Part shown: piece by piece, positions 19,691 through 26,410 of the stretch
How the letters are laid out: each line of letters opens with the position of its first letter
Position numbering within the stretch: position 1 is the first letter of the stretch
Assembly (NCBI GenBank): GCA_902780365.1
Contig: CACZFE010000003.1
Coordinates: 1 to 39,325 of the forward strand
From: an uncultured Spirochaetales bacterium
Lineage (GTDB): Bacteria; UBP6; UBA1177
Direction of reading: 5' to 3'
Length of the DNA stretch: 39,325 nucleotides
Translations under genes and position numbers: made by a program
Notes under the pieces: generated by a model
The model's input: only the letters and a program-made list of their open reading frames with translations
Told to the model about the DNA's origin: nothing
Databases searched by the model: none

Positions 19691-20884
19691 ATGTCAGTTG
19701 TCTCTTCAATCGAAAATCCGAAAACCAACCTTAACAAAATAACTTTTAACGACGGCAAAGTGCTCTATCTCATCGGCACGGCGCACGTTTCAGGCGATTC
19801 AGTCAATTTTGTCGAAGAGTGTATAACCGAATTCGAACCAGACACGGTCGCGGTGGAACTCGACAAAAACAGGATGGATGCCCTGAAAAACCGCAAAAAG
19901 TTCGAAGAGACCGATATTTTCGACATTTTCAGGAAGAAAAAAGTCCTCTTCTTCACAGTCCAGCTCATGATGTCGAGCTACCAGAAGAAAATTGCCGAAA
20001 AAACAGGCTCGGCGCCGGGATCGGAATTCAAAAAAGCGATAGAGCTGGCGGAAGAAAAGGAGCTGAAACTTGTCAACGCAGACCGCGATATCTCGGTTAC
20101 GCTTAAAAGAACTCTCAACTCGATGACATTTGCGGAGAAGGCGAAATTTATCACCGGAATGCTTTTCGGTGACGACAAGGATGTTGACGAGAAAGCGATC
20201 GAAGACCTCAAGAAAGGCGATATGCTGATGCAGCTCATCGGCGAGATGCAGGACGAATTCCCGTCGCTCAAACGGACGATCCTTGACGAAAGAGACCGTT
20301 ATTTAGCTGCGAATATAGCACAGAATTTAGGCGAAAAAACTGTCGCGGTCGTAGGCGCGGCGCATGTTCCCGGCATTCTGCGCAGACTTCAGGAAGAAAA
20401 ACCGGAAGAAGACAACCTTGAGGACATAAATTTCGTTCCCAAAGGCTCGAAAGTCACGAAACTCATTCCCTGGCTCATCCCGCTTGCGATCATCGGAATG
20501 TTTATCTACGGATTTTTCAAGGGAAACGCACCCGACACGCTTGAAGCCGCGATCTGGTGGGTTTTGATAAACGGCACCCTTTCGGCACTCGGCTGCACCC
20601 TTGCTTTAGGACACCCGCTCACGATTCTGGCAGGCTTTGTCGCAGCTCCGATAACGAGTCTCAATCCGACGATCGGTGCCGGGATAGTTACCGGTCTGGT
20701 ACAGCTTTACCTCGTCAGACCTAAAGTCCTCGACCTGCAGAACCTTTCTCAGGATACCACAAAACTCAAAGGGTGGTGGAAAAACAAGATATCCCGCGCC
20801 CTTCTTGTTTCGCTCTTTTCATCAATCGGCAGCGCGATAGGAACTTTCGCAGCACTGCCTTTCCTCATGAAACTGCTGATGTAG
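19691..20884 (+). CDS. TraB/PrgY-family protein with C-terminal membrane domain
   Basis: The N-terminal LYLIGTAHVSGDSVNFVEECI..FEPDTVAVELD and the later VGAAHVPGI are TraB-family signatures. The C-terminal third is hydrophobic with several TM segments. Confidence 0.78.
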   Translation: MSVVSSIENPKTNLNKITFNDGKVLYLIGTAHVSGDSVNFVEECITEFEPDTVAVELDKNRMDALKNRKKFEETDIFDIFRKKKVLFFTVQLMMSSYQKKIAEKTGSAPGSEFKKAIELAEEKELKLVNADRDISVTLKRTLNSMTFAEKAKFITGMLFGDDKDVDEKAIEDLKKGDMLMQLIGEMQDEFPSLKRTILDERDRYLAANIAQNLGEKTVAVVGAAHVPGILRRLQEEKPEEDNLEDINFVPKGSKVTKLIPWLIPLAIIGMFIYGFFKGNAPDTLEAAIWWVLINGTLSALGCTLALGHPLTILAGFVAAPITSLNPTIGAGIVTGLVQLYLVRPKVLDLQNLSQDTTKLKGWWKNKISRALLVSLFSSIGSAIGTFAALPFLMKLLM

Positions 20885-20916
20885 TTTTAAAATCACGTAA
20901 AAACAGCCAAGAAATA

Positions 20917-21000
20917 AAGTTTGTCTGATTATAATCCGATAAACTCGCAAAAAATCGTAAGTTTGTCAGGTTATAACCCGATAAAATTGACAAAAAATCT
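20917..21000. repeat. tandem imperfect 42-bp direct repeat at the left edge of the accessory island
   Basis: R1 (20917-20958) is aagtttgtctgattataatccgataaactcgcaaaaaatcgt. R2 (20959-21000) is aagtttgtcaggttataacccgataaaattgacaaaaaatct. About 33 of 42 positions are shared. R2 contains TTGACA (20987-20992) about 40 nt upstream of the ATPase ATG. Confidence 0.7.
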
Positions 21001-21031
21001 TTTTTTATAAAAATTGCAATGGAGGTGGAGC

Positions 21032-22240
21032 ATGATCTACAGAAAAAAATATATGGAAAAAATACTTCCTTTTGTGGACACGCCGTTCGTGAAGATTTTT
21101 ACCGGCATCAGACGTTGCGGCAAATCGACAATCATGCAGATGCTTCGCGAGGCTTTGACTGAGCGCGGGATCAAAGCTGAGCAGATTCTTTTTTACAGGC
21201 TTGATTCGCTTGAATACGAGAACATGACAAACATTGAACTCTTCAACGAAATCAAGGCTCACCTCTGCAAAAACAGAAAAACGTACATTTTTCTTGATGA
21301 AATTCAGGAAGTTGAATCGTGGGAAAAGACTGTAAACTCTCTGATGAGCGGTTTTGACACCGATATTTATGTCACTGGCTCGAATTCGAGGATGATGTCT
21401 GACGAAATCTCGACTTATCTGACGGGAAGATACATCTCTTTCCGCATTTTTCCACTTACTTTTTCTGAATATCTCGATTTTAGGGAAGCATACACCGAAA
21501 AAGGGACTTTGAAAGAGGAATTCGCCCGTTTCATGCGTTTCGGCGGCTTTCCGGCGATACATCTGCGCAATTATTCGGAGGATGAGGCTTACACGATTGT
21601 CCGCGATATTTACAATTCCACTATTTTCACCGACATTGTGAAAAGAAACGAAATCCGCAAAGTCGACCAGCTTGAAAGGGTTGTTAAATACGCTTTTGAC
21701 AACGCGGGACGGATCTTTTCTGGGATGACGCTTTCAAAATATATGAAAAAACAGAACCGAACCATGGATCCCGAAACCGTTTACAGCTATCTGGAAAAGC
21801 TTGAAAAAGCCTATATTCTGCACCGATGCCAGCGCTATGACATAAAAGGAAAAGAGTTTCTTAAAACGCAGGAAAAATTCTATTTAGCCGACACTTCGCT
21901 GCGTTATTCCGTGCTCGGGTACAATTCTGACACGGTTTCTGCTATGATGGAAAACATCATTTATATCGAGCTTTTGTCTCGCGGCTATTCCGTTTATGTC
22001 GGAAAAATGGATTCTTTTGAAATTGATTTCGTCGCCATCAGACAGAACGAGAAACTTTACATTCAGGTCTGCCGCGAAATAAACACCGCCAAAACCGAAA
22101 CCCGGGAATACGAAAACCTTCATAAAATCAAAGACAACTATCCGAAATATGTAGTAAGAATGGACGATTTCGCCGACGGAAACAGCGAAGGAATCCGCAC
22201 AATGCACATTTCAGATTTTCTCCTGAGCAGTGAGTATTAA
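21032..22240 (+). CDS. AAA ATPase of the AAA_14 + DUF4143 type
   Basis: MIYRKKYMEKILPF..., Walker A GIRRCGKST, Walker B YIFLDEIQEV, and a C-terminal EIDFVAIRQNEKLYIQVC nuclease-fold-like segment typical of DUF4143 proteins. GGAGG lies 6 nt upstream of ATG 21032. Confidence 0.8.
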   Translation: MIYRKKYMEKILPFVDTPFVKIFTGIRRCGKSTIMQMLREALTERGIKAEQILFYRLDSLEYENMTNIELFNEIKAHLCKNRKTYIFLDEIQEVESWEKTVNSLMSGFDTDIYVTGSNSRMMSDEISTYLTGRYISFRIFPLTFSEYLDFREAYTEKGTLKEEFARFMRFGGFPAIHLRNYSEDEAYTIVRDIYNSTIFTDIVKRNEIRKVDQLERVVKYAFDNAGRIFSGMTLSKYMKKQNRTMDPETVYSYLEKLEKAYILHRCQRYDIKGKEFLKTQEKFYLADTSLRYSVLGYNSDTVSAMMENIIYIELLSRGYSVYVGKMDSFEIDFVAIRQNEKLYIQVCREINTAKTETREYENLHKIKDNYPKYVVRMDDFADGNSEGIRTMHISDFLLSSEY

Positions 22241-22275
22241 ACTCGCCGGAATCACGAAAAAGCAGGTTCAGATGC

Positions 22276-23361
22276 TTAATCCGGAACACACTCTTTGCCG
22301 TTCCAGAGCAAATCGTCTTTACAGTCGCAACGATATTTTGTCTCGCTTTCAGGGTAACAATCATTATCATATGCGTCAGGAATATCCCTGCACGGTTCGG
22401 AATTACACGGATCGTAGACACATTTTCCCTCAAACCAGAAATATCCGTCAAGACATCTTGTGCAGCGGAGACTTTTGATATCATCGGCATGTTCACTTCC
22501 GCAGACACTGTCTATCCCGCCATTGCTGAAATTTACCGCCAAAACACATAAAGCATCATCAGTACGTACAAATGAGTTTGACCATAATTCTTCTTTGTCG
22601 CCGAATTTGCTGTATTCGACTGTCTCGTTTTCTTCGCATGATTCACAGTTTTCAAGGTGACAGTCAAAATACTCACAGATAAATTCACAATCTCCGCCAG
22701 GCTGAGTGTTAGGACAGTTCTGGATCAAAGTCCTCAATTGATCAATATAAGGAGATTCCCAGTCGGACGATCCTCCTTCTGACAATTCCCAACACTTTTT
22801 TTGTTGCCAGTTGTCTGACATTTTTGACGACCACACAAGCCAAGTGGCAGAATCTTTGCATGGAGTGGCGCTTTCAGGGCTGCATTCAGGAAGTTCGGCA
22901 CATTTTTCGCCGTCAAAACTGTATCCGTTTTCGCAAATGCAGAGGAATTGTTCTTTTGATTCAGAAATACACTCTTTCAAATTGGTATCTCCGCATGGGT
23001 TCGGATCACACGGGGAAACACACTTCAGCTCTGTCTCATTCCAAAAATAGCCTTTTTCACATCCGCATTCGTATTCATCGTAGCTCAGCGAAGTGCACTC
23101 GCCTGTTGAATGAGCTATTTTGCACGATTTGCTGTCGCACGGATTTACGCATGCATCCCTTGTGTCCCAGTTCCAGAAATAATTTTCCTCGCATTTGCAG
23201 TAAGCATTAAAGAAACCCGGATTGCAAACTCCGGTAGAATGACTTACAGTCTCACATTGTTTAAGTTCGCAATCTGTTTTCCAGTCCCAATCATCAAAGA
23301 GTTTGCACGCTGGAAGTGAAAAAATCAAAAACAGTGCAAAAAGCAGAAATAGTTTTTTCAT
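22276..23361 (-). CDS. Cys-rich lipoprotein with EGF-like repeats and a DUF1566-like module
   Basis: Signal peptide plus lipobox MKKLFLLFALFLIFSLPAC. Repeated C-x-C-xxGYFW-x-C EGF-like units are present. A central SDWESPYIDQLRTLIQNCP motif is shared with the lipoproteins at 32365 and 38845. Confidence 0.75.
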   Translation of the reverse strand: MKKLFLLFALFLIFSLPACKLFDDWDWKTDCELKQCETVSHSTGVCNPGFFNAYCKCEENYFWNWDTRDACVNPCDSKSCKIAHSTGECTSLSYDEYECGCEKGYFWNETELKCVSPCDPNPCGDTNLKECISESKEQFLCICENGYSFDGEKCAELPECSPESATPCKDSATWLVWSSKMSDNWQQKKCWELSEGGSSDWESPYIDQLRTLIQNCPNTQPGGDCEFICEYFDCHLENCESCEENETVEYSKFGDKEELWSNSFVRTDDALCVLAVNFSNGGIDSVCGSEHADDIKSLRCTRCLDGYFWFEGKCVYDPCNSEPCRDIPDAYDNDCYPESETKYRCDCKDDLLWNGKECVPD

Positions 23362-23532
23362 TTTGCGGCCTCCGCATCAAAAAAACAAGTAATTTTAAGG
23401 AAAATCAAGAAAAAGGCAAGTTAAAGGGTGCAATGTCTGTTTTTTTCTTGCCGTTATCGGCAAAAAATTGCGTTTTTAAGGTAAATTTTGTAAAATTCTT
23501 GCCGATAGATTGTTTGGTTTTAAGAGGTGTTT

Positions 23533-24414
23533 ATGGAATATTTGTCTGTGGCTCAGTTCGCCGAAAAGTCCGGTTTAAGCGAAAGGACAGTCCGCAACTA
23601 CTGCGCGACCGGAAAGATGGAAGGTGCTTTTCTTGTCGGAAAAACGTGGAATATTCCCTCAGATGCGGTCCTGCCAAAGCGCATGAAAACAAAAATGACT
23701 CCGCTTTTGACCACACTACGTGAGCAGAAAGAATCCAAACTCAAAGGGGGAATTTACCACAGGACGCAGGTCGAACTGACATACAGCTCGAACCACATCG
23801 AAGGGAGCAGACTCACGAAAGATCAGACGCGGTTTATATTTGAGACCAACAAGCTCGGTTTCGCGTCAAAAAACACAAATGTCGATGATATTATTGAAAC
23901 CGTCAATCATTTCAGGTGTATAGACTTTGTTATCGACCACGCTCAAGAAAAAATCACAGAATCTCACATAAAGCAGCTTCACTCGATTTTGAAGGAATCG
24001 ACTTCGGATAGCCGCAAATCATGGTTTGCGGTCGGCGCATACAAACATTTTCCGAACGAAATCGGATTCGAGGAAACAACATTGCCTGAGGATGTCCACA
24101 GCCGTGTGAAAACGCTTCTTGCCGCTTACAACGCGCTGAAAGAGGTGAAATTTGACGATATTCTCGATTTTCATGTGCAGTTCGAGCGGATCCATCCGTT
24201 CCAGGACGGAAACGGCAGAGTAGGCAGACTTCTCATGTTCTGGCAGTGCCTGAAATCGGGAATAGTCCCGTTCATAATCACAGAAAATCTGCGTCTTTAT
24301 TATTACCGCGGGATCCAGAACTGGGGAAAACACAACGCATTCCTGCGCGACACCTGCCTTTCGGCGCAGGATGACTACAAAGCACTGCTCGATTATTTCA
24401 GGATCAAATATTGA
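23533..24414 (+). CDS. Fic-family protein (AMPylase-type) with N-terminal HTH
   Basis: Canonical Fic motif HPFQDGNGRVGR (nt 24193-24228). N-terminal MEYLSVAQFAEKSGLSERTVRNYCATGKM is a MerR/excisionase-like HTH. SNHIEG (nt 23788-23805) fits the (S/T)xxxE(G/N) inhibitory-helix pattern. AAGAGG lies 5 nt upstream of ATG 23533. Confidence 0.9.
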   Translation: MEYLSVAQFAEKSGLSERTVRNYCATGKMEGAFLVGKTWNIPSDAVLPKRMKTKMTPLLTTLREQKESKLKGGIYHRTQVELTYSSNHIEGSRLTKDQTRFIFETNKLGFASKNTNVDDIIETVNHFRCIDFVIDHAQEKITESHIKQLHSILKESTSDSRKSWFAVGAYKHFPNEIGFEETTLPEDVHSRVKTLLAAYNALKEVKFDDILDFHVQFERIHPFQDGNGRVGRLLMFWQCLKSGIVPFIITENLRLYYYRGIQNWGKHNAFLRDTCLSAQDDYKALLDYFRIKY

Positions 24415-24503
24415 AAATCACGAAAAAACAGCTTGCGGCCTGTTTTCTTGCAAGGTTTTTCTAAATTCATTAGATTATATTATTGTTTTTTTTGGAGAGT
24501 AAA

Positions 24504-25469
24504 ATGGCGAATTTAGAAAGAATTGCTTACATGAATCACAGGATCAAGACGCGCGGTTTTGTTACGCGGCAGGAAGTTGCGGAACGTTTTGAAGTCCACA
24601 TCGACACGGTCCTTCGGGACATCGGATATATGCGGGACTATCTTTCCGCGCCGATAAAATACAGCCGCGAGCTTGGCGGATATGTTTACGAATCGCCTTT
24701 CGGGATGCTTTTCGATTCATTCGACGACGCTGTTTTCTACTATATTTTCGTGAAGCAACTTAGTGATTCGATGAATCTGAACGGAATCCCTTATGTGCCT
24801 GTTATTTCTAAGGAAATTCTTTCAAAAATTTCAAGTTACATTCCTGCGGAATTTGAGGAGCTGCTTGATAAAATTTCTTACGATTCTTCCGATCTGGACA
24901 CCATGGAAGTGAGCAATTTCAGAAATATTCTGGAATCTATGCTGATGAAAGTGCGCCTTGAAATAAAGTATCTTGACTCAAAAGGCGACATAACTTCCAG
25001 AGCGATAGAACCTATAAAGCTCATAAATTATTCGGGGAAATGGTATCTTTTGGCTTACTGCCACAAGCGGCACGGACTTCGCGAGTTTCTTGTTTCCCGC
25101 TTTGTAGAAAGCCGCATCACTGAAGAACCTTTTTCCGAAATCTACACAAAATCAGAGATCGACAAATTCGTCGGAAGCACCTTCGGAATATACCCGTCGG
25201 AAAAATCGGAAACGGCGACTATCCGCATTTTTGAACCGGCATCCTATTTCTTCCTGAAGCAGAAATGGCACAAAGACCAGGTCACGAAAGAAACTGTTGT
25301 CGACGGGAAAAAATGTCTCGAAATCACCCTTCCGATCGGCGAATACCACAGTGAGATCATTGCCAGGGTAATGAGATATTCGCCTGAATGCGAGATCGTT
25401 TCTCCCCCTTCGCTTCGCAAAGAGTGGCTTGACCACATCAAAATGATCTACAACAAATACTGTAAATAA
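24504..25469 (+). CDS. WYL-domain transcriptional regulator (HTH-WYL-WCX architecture)
   Basis: N-terminal HTH (VTRQEVAERFEVHIDTVLRDIGYMRDYL). WYL domain (RAIEPIKLINYSGKWYLLAYCHKRHGLREFLVSRF). A possible promoter TTGCAA-17 nt-TAGATT lies at 24448-24476. Confidence 0.85.
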   Translation: MANLERIAYMNHRIKTRGFVTRQEVAERFEVHIDTVLRDIGYMRDYLSAPIKYSRELGGYVYESPFGMLFDSFDDAVFYYIFVKQLSDSMNLNGIPYVPVISKEILSKISSYIPAEFEELLDKISYDSSDLDTMEVSNFRNILESMLMKVRLEIKYLDSKGDITSRAIEPIKLINYSGKWYLLAYCHKRHGLREFLVSRFVESRITEEPFSEIYTKSEIDKFVGSTFGIYPSEKSETATIRIFEPASYFFLKQKWHKDQVTKETVVDGKKCLEITLPIGEYHSEIIARVMRYSPECEIVSPPSLRKEWLDHIKMIYNKYCK

Positions 25470-25576
25470 TTTTTTCACTACGACGCTATATGTCGTGGCG
25501 GACTTCTACAATCCGTTTTCAGGTGGGACAGAACACTGTTCCCGTGTTTTAAAAAATGCTGAAAATGGAGGCGGAC
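25438..25576 (+). repeat. leader repeat copy A (overlaps the last 10 codons of the WYL gene, ends at the LRR1 ATG)
   Basis: It shares a near-identical core of about 100 nt with copies B and C. The core contains the inverted repeat CTACGAC-N7-GTCGTGG (25478-25498), the hairpin GGGACAG-aaca-CTGTTCCC (25525-25543) followed by GTGTTTT, and GGAGG (25567-25571). Confidence 0.85.
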
Positions 25577-26266
25577 ATGACGATTTTGGATGAAAAAATG
25601 GCAAAAGAACTTTTAAACATTGGAAGAAACCATGTGGTTATACCTGATTTTGTGACAGAAATCGGAGAAAATGCATTTGAAGACTGCGAAGAAATGACTT
25701 CGGTGGTTATTCCGAACTCAGTTGAGAAAATCGGAGAACAAGCATTTTGCGGTTGCATCGAATTGCAATCACTGGTTATTCCTGCCTCCGTAACAGAAAT
25801 CGGCGAAAGAGCATTTCTCTGTTGCGCCCAGCTGAAATCAGTAGTTATTCCCGATTCCGTGACAGAAATCGGCGCATATGCTTTTCACTGTTGCTTTGAA
25901 CTGACTTCGATCACCGTTGACAAAAACAATCCGAGATACGACTCCCGCGGAGACTGCAACGCAATAATCGAAACAGCCACAAACACTTTAATCAAAGGCT
26001 GTTCAAGCACGATAATTCCTGATACAGTGACAACTATCGGTCAAAGTGCCTTTAAAAACTGCGCCGGACTTACATCCATGGTAATTCCAAATTCAGTTAC
26101 AAAGATAGAAGATTACGCATTTTGCTCCTGTCAGGATCTAATATCCATAACGATACCCGATTCTGTAACACAATTCGGAGAATGTGCCTTTCACGGTTGC
26201 CCCAAAATATCGGAAGAAAGCAAAAAACGACTTGAAGAACTCGGATATGATTTTGATGAGGAGTAA
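25577..26266 (+). CDS. leucine-rich repeat protein, BspA/LRR_5 type, no signal peptide (LRR1)
   Basis: About 23-aa repeats of the form VVIPxSVTxIGxxAFxxCxxLxS, plus the NPRYDSRGDCNAIIE segment typical of BspA-like LRR proteins. The protein starts MTILDEKMAKELL with no hydrophobic leader. ATG 25577 lies 5 nt after GGAGG. Confidence 0.85.
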   Translation: MTILDEKMAKELLNIGRNHVVIPDFVTEIGENAFEDCEEMTSVVIPNSVEKIGEQAFCGCIELQSLVIPASVTEIGERAFLCCAQLKSVVIPDSVTEIGAYAFHCCFELTSITVDKNNPRYDSRGDCNAIIETATNTLIKGCSSTIIPDTVTTIGQSAFKNCAGLTSMVIPNSVTKIEDYAFCSCQDLISITIPDSVTQFGECAFHGCPKISEESKKRLEELGYDFDEE

Positions 26267-26294
26267 GCTGCTGAAATTTTTAAAATAAAAGTTA

Positions 26295-26322
26295 TTGGAA
26301 ATAGTTTTTTGTGTAATATAAT
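26295..26322 (+). promoter_or_regulatory. sigma70-like promoter for the DUF262/DUF1524 gene
   Basis: TTGGAA (26295-26300), a 16-nt spacer, then TATAAT (26317-26322), lying 89 nt upstream of ATG 26411. No experimental support. Confidence 0.45.
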
Positions 26323-26410
26323 GGCGGGATTTTTTAGAGGGAGAAAAAGATGAGCGAAGAACCTAGAATTTTTTTTGGTAAGTTTACTCATAATTAAGGA
26401 GGAAAACAAA

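Noticed and set aside
23316-23723. 135-aa ORF spanning the lipoprotein/Fic intergenic region
   Set aside because: It overlaps the 5' ends of both well-supported genes, runs through an AT-rich promoter region, and has no RBS or recognisable motif.
25724-25822. Diversity-generating retroelement targeting the variable LRR block
   Set aside because: There is no reverse transcriptase and no template repeat in the window. Substitutions are not confined to adenine-templated positions as far as I can see by eye.
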